Source of the DNA: Chrysomallon squamiferum
Taxonomy: Eukaryota > Animalia > Mollusca
Direction: 5' to 3'
NCBI GenBank assembly: GCA_012295275.1
Contig: CM022673.1
Coordinates: forward strand, 6,510,001 to 6,574,000
Length of the DNA: 64,000 bases
Shown piece by piece: positions 38,046 through 54,112 of the stretch. The position numbers were made by a program, and so were the translations under genes. The stretch's first letter is position 1. Each line of letters starts with the position of its first letter. The notes under the pieces are model-generated. The model made no database searches, was not told the origin of the DNA, and saw nothing but the letters and a program-made list of their open reading frames with translations.

Positions 38046-38381
38046 CTAGGATAATCTTGAGACACAGTGTGATGATATGAGGCTTAAGACATTGCACTGT
38101 ACCAGTAAAACAGTAAACACAGTCACTAGAATTAATGCTACATTTGAAGAAAGTCTCTCTGATGAAGAATCGTCTTCGATTACTATTATGTTGTTGTCCG
38201 GAGGTTGTGTTGTTTTTTTCACAATGGGCAAGGTCGGAGGTTGAGGTTGTGTCGGTTTTGGAGCTTTGGTTGGAACGGGACATAACATGTTGTCTGCATT
38301 CCGTAACCAGATGTGGAGCCCAAACACACGGAAATCCGGGTTGAACATGCATGGTGGCAGCTGTTTGGTTTGGAATGTGAA
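38046..38381 (-). CDS. Nested uncharacterised gene, last coding exon
   Basis: ttgcag|TTC ACA...; FTFQTKQLPPCMFNPDFRVFGLHIWLRN...PTKAPKPTQPQPPT...SSNVALILVTVFTVLLVQCNVLSLISSHCVSRLS*. Confidence 0.88.
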   Translation of the reverse strand, partial: FTFQTKQLPPCMFNPDFRVFGLHIWLRNADNMLCPVPTKAPKPTQPQPPTLPIVKKTTQPPDNNIIVIEDDSSSERLSSNVALILVTVFTVLLVQCNVLSLISSHCVSRLS

Positions 38382-39252
38382 CTGCAATGAAAAAAGATTT
38401 AAAATATGGAAAAATAAAAAATAAAAAAAATAAACATTAAATTAATAATAATAAATTATTGTTCTTATGAATTGCCTTTTTCAAAATGTGAGATAACAAT
38501 CCTTCTCTGTTTACCCAAATTATACTTCAGACTCCTTTTCAAAATGATTTTCAGACACAATTTAATAATTATATATATATATATATATTTAATTTAATTA
38601 TGTTGGTGTTTGTATTATTTACAGGATTAAAATATACGTTCAGCTTAGCATATAAAAAGAAATAATAAAAAATATACTTGCATGGCAACATGAAAAGAAA
38701 ATCATAATTAAGTATTCTTGTATAATTTATCGATACTATAACCAAAAAAAAAGGTAAACAGATATTTCTCTAATTTAATTAATTTACAATCTACTTACTG
38801 GGTAGTACGGTGGACTGAGTTTGAACCATCTTAATTCATCGTTGTTGTACTTGTATGTAGGGGGAGTTCCTTGGAACAGCCAGCCAAATGCACCGAGTTG
38901 ACCCTGTGAGTTGTACATGAGGAAAACTGGATACAGCTTCTCACATGGCTGTTTGGGGGTCAGGTTTTTAAAATAGTGCAGCCCTGAAATAAATAATTAT
39001 TATTAATAATTCAGAAATGATTAAACATATTGGTTGATTATGACCAAGTTTGTAATTAATTCATTTTTTATGGCAAGGTTATTTTGCTTTGATGTTGTTT
39101 TATTATTATTGTTATTGTTTGTTGTTGTTGTTTTTTTTTTTTTTATGTTTTGTTTTTAGAGTTACATAGAAAAGAAGATTATTCAACAAAATAATAAAAA
39201 TAATGAAAAAATAAACCATGTGGTTTTTATATATGTTACAAAACATCATTAC

Positions 39253-39291
<39 letters not shown>

Positions 39292-42200
39292 TATTATTAT
39301 TATTATTATTATTTACCCATTTTTGGAATACAGCTTCCCTGTTTCCATTGTGAAGAGAGTCTTCTAGACTCGAGTGGTATTCTCTCATACTGCTTCTCCA
39401 CGTTGTAACCCATCTGTATGTACAGACCTTTCCCTGGGTGCACATTGTAAGCATAGGGGCTGCAGATCAGACTGGGGTGTTTGAAATATGCTGCAAGACA
39501 AACAGATAATAGACTTTTATGCATTTTGATTACTTATATATAAATATGTTTTCATGATTAGATCATTATCTATATACATAAACATATGTATATGTATTTC
39601 CTTATATGTGTGTGTGTGTGTTTAAAAATTGTTATTATTTTTTTTTAGTAGTAGTAGTAGTAGTAATCCTGTTACTAACAGCAACAACATTATTAATAAA
39701 GTTTCTAACTAATTACTTTTGTAATTCTTTATATCAACTTACATATTATATGTAAAGAAGAAAAAATTCACAAACAATTATTAACTGAATTTAATTATAT
39801 AGTAATATACATGTCTTCTCGTTATATTTCATTTCTCTGTTTACAGAATGTATAAGCTCCTAAGCAGTATATAACCATAATAACATATTAACTTGGTTTT
39901 CTAATGACAGCTTTTAACATAACACCAAGTAACACTTTTAATATTTTATTTATAATTGTTTCTCGTTACATCCACAACCAAGATTGAAAGAAAATATTAA
40001 CTCAAATCAGTGAATATATTTATTTCATTTCTTTTCCAAATATTTGTAATTAACTGTAAACTGCAACATCTGCTATTAACATGACAAATTTTTAATAACT
40101 TTTTTTTTTTTTTTTTTCATCCAGTATGTAATATTTGCAATCAAGACGATAACACATATCGCCAGTGGGGAAAAGAAAACACTAATTTGACTGAAAATAT
40201 TGTTGACATTGTTGTTGACATAAAATGTTGCTGATGCTGTTAATTCCTTCAACTGTTTCTTGAGCAAACAAAGTATTTCCAGATCGCCGTTGTGACAGAT
40301 GCTGTGTGAAACCCGACATGTCTGTGAGACAAATATCGCAACTAATGGGTACTTGTTTTCTTTGATTCGACTATGATCTGGAGGGAAAATGATGTCTTTC
40401 GGTTGCTATGATGTTTGGGAGGCTTCGTTGTGATCATGATGTTGTCATGTCACAGATGGAGATTAACATGTGGAGTGATGACAAAGACAAAATATTACAA
40501 ATTTATTTTTGAAAAGATATGAACCTTTTTTGTTCATAATTTCTTCTTCTTATTATTATTATTGCTATTATTATTATCATCATCATCATCATCATCATTA
40601 TTATTACTGTTACTGTTTCTGTAAGACACAACTGATTATTAACTTTTTATATGCTTAGGTGTGACCTACAAAATTCTAGGATATCTTCTCCTTAATACTT
40701 GATAAATTATTATTATTAAATTAATATAACACCAAACAGTATGCTTGGATTCGAAATCCATTCATAGAAATTTCAGATGATGCTAGTTTAACATTAACCG
40801 AAGAAGAAGAGCTAGCAGCTGTATCCACCAACAGTGGATTGAAGATTAAATATAAGGAATCTATTTTGGATTTCAATAAGAGAAGAATACCAGTCAATAT
40901 CCCAAAAAGCTGTAGCCATTTTACTGCAATTTTCAACATCATATTTATGTGAATTAGGATTTTCCAACTCTCATCAACATCAAGTGCAAAAAAAGAACAA
41001 ATCTTCAGTCTATTGACAAGGAAATGAGAGTTTGCTTATTACACACACATCCCAACATTGAAGAAATTGCCCAGACAGGTCAGGCTCACAAAATAGATGA
41101 TAAATAAAGGTATAAACCCTTCTTTCAGTTATTTCTGTATTTTTTTACATTTTGCATTATGTTTCTTAGCATTTTGTGTGTTGTGAACCCACAATTTTTT
41201 GTAAGGCTTCAAGTGTGCCCTGACTGCAAAAAGTTTGAGAATCACTGAGTCAGATGAACATGAAAACAAAATAATATCATTTTATTTATTTATTTATTTA
41301 CTTATTTACTTTCTTTTTTTTTTGTTTTTTTTTTTGTTTTTTGTTTGTTAACATGAAGTCAAAATAATATATATATATATATATATTTTTTTTTTTTTAA
41401 TTATCACTTATTCATTTATTTATAATATTTTTGTAGAATTATAATATGAAACAGGCCATCTACTCTTACTTATTAATTAACTGCTAAAGGATAGTAAAGT
41501 CTACACCTTCTCACAGGCAGCAGTTATATAAACTCGTCATTGGAAGGAATGTTAAATGACCCACACAATTCACTGACAAGGATAGATCCTCTCTCCATTT
41601 CCAGACACACCATACACCATCTCTCTAACCACTGAACTAAACAGTTTGATTCACAGAGCACTAACTGACAGAAAGTGCCAGACAGTATAAACATATTCTG
41701 CTATCTCTTGTGTTTTGATGTTTGTCTGTCAAATACTTGTATTGTTGACAGGTGTATCCAGTACAGGAGAAAAAACACATGCCAACACCATCTTTCATCT
41801 TCTCCTTGTTTTCCTGTAAGTACTGGTATGTTGTCCTTGTTATTAGAACACTTTGATGAAGTCAACTGAAAGGAAGAGCTATCTTGTCGCCATGACAATA
41901 GGCTCTTTTTTGCTGCGGAGCTACAGGAAGTGATCAGGATAGGTCTGTTGACTTGTGCGTCTGCTTTTTGTTTTCTTTTTCCTTTGTCTTTTATTTTTAT
42001 CTTTGCCATTATTTTTTCAACATTTTCTTCTCTTCTGTCACTCTTTTTTTAAAAAATACTTTTCATTCTCTAATGTATATCTTTAATACTTGCTGGATAT
42101 TTTTAAGTTCCTGGCAGTGTGTGTGTGTGTGTGTGTGTCTTTGTGGGTGGGTAAAGGTCATGGTAAGTGTTGTCCTATCTTGAAAAACAATTAAAAGCAG

Positions 42201-43600
42201 CTGATGAAAGGCTGCAGAAAATTATTTCATAATCATAATAAGAGAACATAAAATAACTGTAAATATGTTGCAGTGCCATTAAAGTAAATAAATAGTCATC
42301 AGTTCATCAAAATTTAATTGGTTCTTTGTAAAACATACGTGGTCTCAGAATTATAGTACATTAGAGTAATAATATATAAAATTTTCATTCAATCATCATC
42401 TATCCATCCAACCATCCATCCATTCATTTGTGCATTTATTTGTTCTTATTCTTTGAAGTTTTATGACCTACCTGTTATTATGTACATTTGGATTCCTTTT
42501 ATGTTGGTCTCTGTGCTCAGCAGAATTGGTGGGATGACATCAGCAGGTGGTAGTTTTATTGTCTCGTTGCGTGAATTGAAGCCAAGCATGTTGCTGGGAA
42601 TCTGCAAAATTCAAGATGAAAATGAACATGAAAATAACTCGGTAGAATGTCTGAATAGGATGGATGTCTGTCCAGAACAGGAAAAGTCAGTGGCAGTTCG
42701 AGAGTTTCTGTATTAGCGGGGTTGCAGTCAGATTGGAAAGAAAGGTTTATGTCGGTTACAGAATTTCTACAAAGGAAGAGTGGCAGCTTGGTTGAAAGAA
42801 CAAGTCAGTGGCAGTTCTACAGCTTTTATAAAGAATGGGTTTGCAGTCAGACTGGAAGAGAAAGTTTTTAGTAGCTGTTACAGAATATCTATATAGAAGG
42901 GATGACATTTTTAAGGAAATCCATGGTGGTTCTAAGCAGGGTGGCACTTTGGCTGGAAGAAAAATAATTCAGTAGCATTGAGATGGCAAGATTGACTAAA
43001 TGTATGGTCAGATCAGGAAATTGGTAGTATCTCAGAACTTTGTAGAAAGAGTTGCTAGAGGATGGCAGCATTCTTTGAAGATGTGGCTAGAGGAAAATGA
43101 TGACAGGACGAAAAGATTTTTAGTGAAGGACTGACAGTGTATATGCAGTTAAGGAAAACTGATATAACCATTACTGTTAACATTATTTTTATTGTAATGA
43201 AATTCTAATAATAATAATAATAATTAATCAACATAGCCATGAACATATAAATGAATGAAAAGTATTATTGAAACAATAATAATGTAATGCAGTTACATCA
43301 GTATACATAAAAACAGGGTAGATTTGGAGGAGAGTTTGATCAAGCAAGTACAGATTTCAGAATCCTTGATGCAGCCACTGGAAAAATCATATTGTTTTGT
43401 ATCATACATTCAGTTAATTTGTGATGGAAGTAGAACAATAGTGTGTGAAGAACTGTCTTCATATTTAATTAATTAAATGTTACACATGTCACAACGGAAT
43501 AATAAAAATGTTGTTTCCATGCAGTAATTTAATTTTGCTTTTCTCTTTGAAGTAAAAATTCCCTGTTATTTAAAAAAAAATTTTTTTTTTATTTATTTAT

Positions 43601-43640
<40 letters not shown>

Positions 43641-45381
43641 TTTTTTTTTTTATGTAATATAATGTTTGTTTTATTATTAATTTTTGAAGCTTGAGTTCAC
43701 TATGTAGAAACTGAAATATTTTATACTGTAAAAATAACATCTAGTCATTTTATTGGTATTTTATATAACTGTTAATATTTACATTTTGTACCTAGCCATC
43801 CAGTGATGGATTCAGAATAATGTATTTACATTTCAGAACATTTGTTTTTACTTTCTTTTGTTTCCATGACAGTGTAAATACATTATAGTAGTAAAGATAC
43901 TAAAACAACAAGCTATCACCAACTTCAGGAACATGACAAGAACAATAGTACATCAAGAGCACATCACTCTACAAAGACTTTGTAAATAGCCTCCCTTTTG
44001 ATAAAAATGGAAGTCAGCATTGAGGAACGTTTTTCCCAATCAAAACAAACTACTGTATTATTAATCTGTGCACCATGATGATAAAATCTATTCATTTCTC
44101 TTCTACTTTTGCCTTCTGTTTCTTTATTTTTCTCTCACACATAGTTTTAACACAGCAAATTACAGGACACATTATACAGCCCTGTGTCAACAAGCCTCTG
44201 TGTTTGTTTTACTGTGTTAAGATCAATGCATTGTACTAAACTGTGGTCTCAGAAAATAAAGATGTGTTTGAACAGTGATGTCATTCAGTACAGAACATTT
44301 AAGTCTTTTATACCTACTTCACTGTGTTTCGACATGTTTCTCGAATTTAAATGATCTTTCTTTTTATTTCTTCTCCTTCCCAACAATAAGAAATTATTTT
44401 CAGTCAATACAGTTCCTTGATGGCTGTAGCTATATGACAAAAAGTGACTGAATGAGAGATGAAGGGATACAGGATCAATCCTTGGTTAGAAAATATTTTG
44501 TAAGAATATTTTATAATGTGGATTTCCTCTTGTATAATATATTTTAAAAAGATCACTGACACCTGTTAATTTTTAATATAGAAAGAAAATGTCGTTAAGT
44601 AGCATTTCAAAAAAATTATTTGCCAATTCCAACCTATGCTTCAAGATTATTTTCAATTTTTTTTTTTCTAAAGATGTTTATAATATAAATGTATTAATTT
44701 TACATTTTATGCTAAAACATATTTTCATTGTCAAACAGATAGTAATACTACATTAAATTTGAACTTTTTAATCAAATATTTTCACACAAAGCTTTAAAAT
44801 TCTTTGGTCGTGGGCTTTTAGATACACCCCCTACCAAATATAATGTATTTGATATATTAAAGATTGCACATTAAAAATAAATACACTTTCATTGCCAAAC
44901 ACAACAACAACAGAAAAAAAGTTTTGTTTTTGAAATCAAATATTCCAATCGAAAGATTTGAAATTCCTATGCTTGCAACATGTTTGTGATATATTAAAGA
45001 CTACACTTCATGGTTAAATATATTTTAGCAGGAATTGCCTTGTCCTGGGATTTAAGTAGAAAGATGATCCTTAAATATTTGAACACTGGAGTTGGGTGAT
45101 GGATAGTTCATTCCGTTACTCATTGGTACAGAGAATCAATAGTCGAGATCATACACGCTTCTCAGATCCATGCCTCTATACACTGAGCAAATATTCCACC
45201 AGCATGCCTTGAGTACTCCAATATCGGCAACGCGATCTGCCACTAAAATCTTGGTAGAAATCTTATGGCAATTTACGACTATGTACTCTTGTAATAAGTG
45301 TTGTTTTCCTTGAAAATTCTGCAGTCGAAAGTGTTTGTGTAATTAAGCAATAACGAAATGGTTTTGCAATACTTTCGGGGG

Positions 45382-45419
<38 letters not shown>

Positions 45420-46379
45420 GTTTTCAAAAGGACTGTGTGTGTTTCTTGAACAATGCTGTTTTGCTTAAAGTTGCGTTCAATGTAATTTTTTTTTTTTTTT
45501 TCTCTTTCAATTAAGGACTCGATAAAATAAAAATAATGAATTAAAATCATAAATAAGTACTTCTTTTACATTTTATCATCAAGATAACTGTTCTATTATT
45601 AAATAAAAACAAGCCACAAATATGTTGACAACAAAATCAATTAAACTGTTCATTTCTCGGAGCTTGATGGCCATAAGTAGCTTATTATTATTATTATTTT
45701 TTAATATTTGTTTTTACCTTTCTCTCCATTATTTAATCTTCAATTACATTTTTAAACATGAAAGCTTTTCATATTCAGTATTATTTCCATTTCATTTGCT
45801 TTCAAACTTCTTAATTTTATTAATTTGAATTCACAGCATTCAAGAATGTAAATATGATTCTAAAATAAAATATTAGATTGTATTTATACTTGTGTATTGC
45901 TCAGGTCAGTAGTACCAACAATCCAGTCACAGTTTTTTTAATCTTTATCCAGCTATTGTATATAGCTGTATCTGCAAAATCTTTCTTTTTCTTCTTTTCT
46001 TATTTGTTCCATGAAACCAATGAAAATATATTTAACCTTGCAGCAAAATCTCAAGCAGAAAATTTAATTTCACACCATTTCTGTAAATTTGTATTTATTT
46101 TTTTTAAATGGCAGTCCTTTATAATTATGTTAACAGTAAGCATGCCCCTTGGACTCTTTCCTGTTCCTGTTGTATAACAATAAGTGAGTGCATGTGGCCT
46201 TGCGTGCATGTCTGCGTTTGAAACATAATATAAAAGTATTTAGTTAAACTAAATTTATTTATTCATTTTCACTGTTTCTTTTTATTATTATTCCTCTTTC
46301 TTTTTCTTAACATTTTCTGCTTCCATCTTTAAATCTTTTCTTTTTTTCCTTTCCTTCTTTTTTTTCTCTGGCTAACCAC

Positions 46380-46424
<45 letters not shown>

Positions 46425-49400
46425 TCTCACTCACTCTCACTTTCCCTATCTTTATATTTTCAAAACTAGTAAACAACTATTTATATAACACAACTCCAAA
46501 CATTATACACCTCATTTAATCCAATTACCAAAAGCCTCTGTCTTAAATAACATGACCAGGAGGAGGATATATGTGTTATTTTTATTTTTTTTTTTTTTCC
46601 CTTTAAATACAAGCCGATGCAGGGACGAAAAACTCTCATATCAGACTGTCAATAAGACAGCACAATAACAATCTCTTTGCCTATCATCCCCATTATACTA
46701 ATATCACCACCAGCAATAAATCATCGCATGTAATTATAAGATTTGTTCTTTGAGAGTGTGTCTCGAGGTCTATCCGGCATGGCAGCCTGTTAACTGTTCA
46801 GTTTCAGCCTACACTGTTTGATCGGAACAGTAATGATTTTCTGTACGTTTACGTCTCCATGTCAAAGAATGCTACCAAAGTGGACGTTTTCGTCGTCGTT
46901 TTTGACTTTGTGTTGTTGTGTGGGAGTCTGTGACTGCTGTAGTTTTTATGCTGTTGTTGTTTTTATTATTTGTATTTATTTTTTGTATAATGTTGTTATT
47001 GCTCTTGTTATTAGTTTTTGTTATTTATTTATTATTAAAATTTTATTTATTGTTTTTTTTTTTTTTGTTAAATGAAAATAATAAATAAAATACTAAAGCA
47101 CACACCTACACACACACACAAAACAAACATACACATAAAACCCAAATAATTTCATAGCTTAAAATTAGATAAACCAACAGAAAACTCTAATATAAATATA
47201 TATATATATACACATATTTGTTTTTCAGTGTTAACTCTATATATATTCTAGTAGGCTAGCACTGAGAATTTCAATTTACTTTCTACAAATTGATACTTTA
47301 TGATCTTCTAAAGTTACCGAAACACCCAAATTAGCAGACAACACCACAGCACCGGTTTTTGCCTAATACAACAAATTCCACTCAGGAAATAGTGGGTCTC
47401 CTGGGCATATTAAGACAACTTTCAGCTGTTTTTGGTGGCCAATCGAGTAATTGGCAATAATCTTTAACATAGGTCTGTCCGATTTTCAATACATTTTGCC
47501 TGCCATTTCTTTCCCCAAGGAATGTTCAGCTTGCTTCCAGTTTGGTGTTGGCTTGATGGCTGGATCAGTGATCAGAAAAATTAGACTAGGTAGTTTAAGA
47601 CAGTAAACAGTGATAGTAGAAATTCATTAACTCGTTAATAGTACATTATAGTCAGCCTAGCAGAGTTATTCTAAATAGTTTTACACAGTAAATAATAATA
47701 GTAGAACGAAATAATTAATTCAGTACTAGTACACATTTGTCAGCCTAAACTAGATAAATGTAGATATGATAATGGTAGTAACAAGTGATACAAAATTTCA
47801 TGACTAGTATACACTAAAATTAAACTGGATGGTTTTGACATCAACAAATAATATCACTAGAAATTCATTACTAGTAGTAGTACACTTTACTGGACCTAGT
47901 AGAATTAAACTGGATATTCTGAGGAAGATACAGTGATGAAACCATTGCTTAATAGAATTAAAGAATTAAAAAGAATTTTAGTCTGAATTTAGAAATGAAG
48001 GTAATAAAATGATTATTAAATTGGCTTCAGGTGATGAATTGTCAGGACTTAGCAGATTTAGCAATATTTCACCATGAATGAATACACTTACATAAAACCT
48101 ACTGATAGATGATAAATGTTAGTCAAAAGCAGAATTAAAGATTGTTTCAGAAATTTGTAAAGGAGAGAGCCATTAATAAGATAGATCTCTGAAGTCTAAA
48201 TAACCTACAAAAATAAATTTAAAAATAATAAAAAAATATATATATATATACATTATTAAATTAACAAAACTTTTAAAATTAAAGTAAACCAGAATTCCAA
48301 AACTACAAACATTAAAGTTTGTTTACAGTTTCGTTGATTGTCAAAAGTGAATTATTTGCTTGGGTGTTGTTAAATATTTACTGATTCATTCAACCCCTGA
48401 GAGCATTGTTCTGTTTTTTTTTTTTTTGTTAAATTTACCATTTAATTTTAATACATCAATTTTTTAATACATTATCAGACAAATTTCAAGTTGTAAAGTC
48501 ATGAGTTCCTTTATTAATAGTTGTCTACTCCATCTTGGTTGGATTTGGTCTCCAAAGCAATCACTTAAACTTCTGGCAGTCTACAACTTGCCAAAGGTGA
48601 CAGAGTTATCCCCCCAGGAGTAGATCAAAGAGAATCAAGTCAATGAATCAAAATAAAAAATGTCTGCCATTCTCCATGTTTAGACTGGTCTTCAGACAAT
48701 TCTCCCTGGACTGGTTCTCTTACAGTTCTTTTTAGACTAGTTTTTATGTAGTTCTGTTTAGACTGCTTTTCAAACAATGTTCCTCTATTTTAGACTATTT
48801 TTCAGTCATTTCCATTTGACTGGTTTTAAAACAGTTTTGTTTAGACTGGCTTCCATATAATACTCTTATTTTTGTTCTTTTCTTTTTCAAAGATGCATTT
48901 TAATATGATTATTTCTGGTTGGATTTAATTTCATGTAAAAGAAATTCTCTAGTTTGATTCATTTTACACATCTTTCTTTCATTCCATATCTCTGTACCTC
49001 TCACTATATTTCCTGTCTCTCCCATCCATCTTTTTCTCCTACTTTTCATTATCACATTGTAATATTGTTTCTCTTTCTTTCTCCCTGTTGGTTTCAAATA
49101 ATAACCTTCCAAACATTTAATTTTACATAATAAGTCAATAATGGAAAAAAAACACATCAATTTTCTTTCTAAAACCACAGACCATAAGGCTCCATATTAA
49201 TGTTTTCCTCAAGCTTTTCCAATTGCAATTACGAATTTTTTATTTCTGTTTCTTTCAACTTTTTTGTTGTTGTTGTTCTGTTTTGTTTTTTAACTCTTTT
49301 TTTTTTTTCTTAAAAATATTGATATGTTCTTAAATTCTACCTGAAGTTTGCTAAATTGGAAATGACAAGTGAAAAACTTAATTTTGTTTGAAGAAGTGGA

Positions 49401-51007
49401 AATGGTTTGGGTGGTTTTCCTTTTCTTTTTTCTAATTTTATTATTATTATTACCTTTTTTGTTGATGTTGTTGTTTAAATTTTATTTATCTCTCTTGTTA
49501 TATACATTGATTTAGTTACTTTTTAAAATTTTGTTTACCAATAATTGTTGATGACATTTTATTGGTTGTTTTTTTATAAAAGACTACTGAAAAACATAAA
49601 AAATTTTCTTTCTTGAAATATGGATTTTTCAAATTGTAAATGAAGCATTTAATGTAATGTGTTAAACCTACTGCATACATGTTTAATGTTTTAAAACTTA
49701 GCTTGAATTTTAGCATTTTATTATCAACAGTGACAAGAAATTAAATCTCCAGACATCTTTCTTATTTCTTGGAAATTCTTTATTTTTGTGAAAGGGGCCG
49801 TTTGGTTCAAACTCTTGTGCAACTGCAGTCATGATTCTAATTTCCTCTATATTATTTAAGAATCTCTGAAATTAAATTTTCATCAGTCCAGCATGATGCC
49901 TGGGTATCACTTGTTTTTACCATAGCTCATTAGATGGCAATATCCATCCCCCATAGTGAAGGGATTAGGGATATATTGAAATGCAACCCATTCATTTGGT
50001 TGTTGAAAGATGTTATTTCATTGGTAGGTTTTAAGCAAAAACATCACTGATTGGTTGAATTACAGTAACAGTTTGACTGCTGTTTACAATAAAGTAACAG
50101 TTTTGAAAGATGCTATTTCATTGCTATTTTTTGTTTTATGTAGCCGTAACAGAAATTATACATATATAAAAAATATATCAAATGAATTGCAAACTCATGT
50201 TGTCTATTTTTGAGAATTTGGCTACATAATGAAACTATTGATATTTTATTAATACACATGCTGTATCAAGTTAATACAGTTTGTAATAATAACCTTATTC
50301 AGTAACTGTAATCAATTTTATTGCTTAATATTTTGGAATACAATGAATGTTGCAAAATAAAATTACTATTTTTAGTTTCCTATTTTTTTGATATATCTGT
50401 TTTGACTTTATTTCCTATTATTATCTATTGACAAGAATGTTTTTTTATTGATGAGCTGTTTTTGTTGATGGAATTCTTTTATGGTGATTATTATTATTAT
50501 TATTATTATTAACAGTATTAACAATATTATTTTATTATCAATTGTTGTTTTGTTTATTTTTTTAACTATCCAATTATGCATGTATTAACTTTAATTTTAT
50601 TTAATGAAATCTGTAGTCATTACTAATTAAATTATTTTATTTTCTAAATGCTCAGTACAAAATTAGAGACTTCAGTGATTAGCTGCAAGGAATTTTTTAT
50701 AATCACCTTCCCATAATCAGCGTAATAAGTACCAAATGCTTTAATAAATGAGTCATCATGGAGAGGTTGGAATGGAAAAACAACCCCTAGTTTCACATGT
50801 TTCAGCATGAAGGATTGACCCTAATACCTATCGGACAGCATAACCATACTGCTACAGTGATTGTGTGTGTACATTTTAAGATATATACAAGAGACTGTTA
50901 GAAGGAAAATGACTGTGAAATGAAACTAACAGGCAGGCAGAAGTCGGAACATTTAACAATCAATACTTGTTACCAGACTTCAGTAAAAAATACTTTAACA
51001 AGAAGTA

Positions 51008-51054
<47 letters not shown>

Positions 51055-51577
51055 GTGTTGTGTCTTTGAGTATATTTATGTTTATGCATTTGTGTGTGTA
51101 AGTTGTATGCGTTATATATAATGAATGTTTTTGGTGTGAATAATGTAAATAAATGTATATATGAAGGTATGTGTGAATGTCTGTGCATATGTTTTAGTCT
51201 TTTTGTAAGGTTTCTTGTCCAGAATTCAGAATATACAAAAATCAATATATATATTCGATCAGACACATAAATTAGGAAATCTGTGTGACACTGCATCTGT
51301 CAACATACGCTAAAGAATGAGTAAGAACTCTTTAACAGGACATGTAGAATAAATGTCTGTCTGTAAGTCTGTCTGTAAGTCTGTCCATCTCCTCGTAAGA
51401 CAATACAGTGCTCACTCCATGTATAAAAATGACGTCTCTGAGATTTCTTGTCACTTAGAACTTGTCTGTAAAAATATGAGCAGAAGAATAGAGTGAATTC
51501 AACTGTAACAAAAGGTTTTACTGGGCTGGAGTCTGTATGGAGCCAAATCCCTTCTTGTCTCTTTGGAGATGACAACG

Positions 51578-51609
<32 letters not shown>

Positions 51610-54022
51610 AAAAAGAAAAGAAAGAAAAAACCCCTGAATTCAGTATGAGACAGGTTTCATTTGACATGAAGACTTTTATTAGGTAAGAGCGATTTACATG
51701 AACTGAATCCTTCTTTGTAAATGGAATGTGGTTCAGCTCAGTGGTTAGAGAACTCATATAAAGAGTGATACTGAAAGATTTTATGTGGGATCATTAGTTT
51801 GTATTGTAGCATATAGACAATTTCACATTCTTGACAGAGTCTCAACTGAAGATATATCAGAGGCCATGGTCATTGCTTTTGTGTGTATGTGTGTGTGTGG
51901 CTTTCAAATGCATTCTGCAAACATACAGTTAGCAAATTTTTTTTAAATAATAATACAACAGTAGTAACGAAAAATTAAAAACTGCGAGTACCAAAATTTA
52001 ATAATAATTAATACTCACAGTCATATGTACGTGCACAAAAACACATGTACATGCATGCATACATATACACACACACACACATTCATACACACATAAAAAA
52101 ACAATAAATGAAATTTGAAATAAAATAACCAAAATAACATTCTGAAGATTATCAGAAGTAGATGATTGTTTCGTTGCATGGCAACCAAACATAAAAATAC
52201 AATTGTTTGTCAGGGAATTGGTTTGTCTTTGGCAAAGAATATTATTAAGAAAAAAAAAAATCTCTTGAGAATTAATAGTAGAAAGCATGTACATGCAGCT
52301 AAAAAAGTAATTTATATGCATGAAAAAAAAAAAAAAAAAAGGTTTCCTATTGAAATGACTCCACAGAATGATAAGAGGGATAAGGTGTTGAGTAAATATT
52401 ATTTGGAAAAGCTGTTGGCATCCATATTTTTTTTCTCTCTAATACTTCAAAGTTTTATCAAGCATTAATAAGAAGACATAATGGTTTCTGGTTTTTCTGT
52501 TACAGAATAAATATTTGTTAAAGAATTTCTTCAGAATTACATGATCTGAGAATTCAAATACACACACACACACACAGACACACTGATGTCTGTGTGTGTG
52601 TATGTAGATATATATATATATATTAACAAGTGCTATTGGAATTCTCTACTCCTTGGCATCTCTTAATTACAGTCTCACCTCTGATATTTTCTTTCACTTT
52701 ATTTGTGATAAAAACTGCTATTGAAATGAAGCAAACCTTAATAAGCTGAGTTCATTAGAACGAGAAGAAGTAGAAATGTTTGGCTGACAAAAACAATGTG
52801 ATTGCAGTTGACAGAATCAGGTGATTGCACGATGGAAAAAAAAAAAAAAATGAAAAGATTAAAAAAATAATGATTTTATCTCAAGGTGACTTGTTTTGTA
52901 AGCACATTTTTTATATATATATATATATAACCGTAGGTTCAATATCATTAACATACAGATTTATATATATATATAATTTTTTTTTTTTAAATATGTACAA
53001 ATTTGATAGAATGTTCCTGGGAACTACTTTATTACTTTTATATATCAGAAGTTTACTAGGCACTATTTTCTAATGAATACTTGACATCATCTTATTGTGC
53101 CTGGGCACCAAAATTATTTCTATAGGATTTGAGCTGAAATAGCGTGTTTTTTTTAAATTAAATCTGGATTTCAACACAGCATCATCTTGGCACCAAACAT
53201 TACCATGTGCCTAGGCACCAGTTTTCCACCTTCAACTATTATACACTATAGACTTTCATAGCAAGTATCTGACACAAGTTTCTGTCATTTAAACGTACCA
53301 GATGACAGCAAGATGACAGATGTCAACAGTTTTCTCTTGATGACTTCTCTGCAGCCGGGAGGGTGATTACTGACGTGGGTTAAGCCAGGGTCTTTGAGTG
53401 GGCCATAAAGTTGATCAGTTCTCCACAGCGAGACCATTACATTTCACAGGAAGCTGTCCCTACTGGGGATGTTCTTAAACGCAGTTCACACTTAATGAAG
53501 CTTAGTGCTAGCATTTCTCTTCTTCTTCTTCTTTCTTCTTCTTTTTTTTTTTGATTGTTGTTAGTATTGTGGGTTTCCTGCCTGTCACTGAAGGAAAGGC
53601 AGCATTGTCTAAGTGTCATTTTACTTCAGTTTTCTCTGAAGAGGTTGATTCATAATGCATATGGTTTTGAGTACGATTGTTATATATATATATATATATA
53701 TTTTTTTTAAATATATTTAGTTATATATTCTTCTTTCTTTTTATCTTTTTTTATTGGTATAGTGGTATTTGGCCAATAATATGAAATGAATTGTAACCAC
53801 GAATTTTGTTAAAAAAATCTATTTATCATTATGTTTGGTCAGTTGAAACCAAATTCTGTTTTTTATGTCCCCTTTTTTTTTTTTTTCCCAATTGTTTCTT
53901 TTTTCTGCTATAATTTTTGTTTAGAGGCTAACTCTTTAAGAAACATTTGTCTCTTAATTTTGTTATATGTTATTTTTATGCTGAAGTCCACCAACCATTT
54001 TTCAAAATTTGTTTTATTTTTA

Positions 54023-54112
<90 letters not shown>

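Noticed and set aside
51725-51800. tRNA gene
   Set aside because: Only an A-box/D-arm-like head; no anticodon arm, T-arm or acceptor stem pairing.
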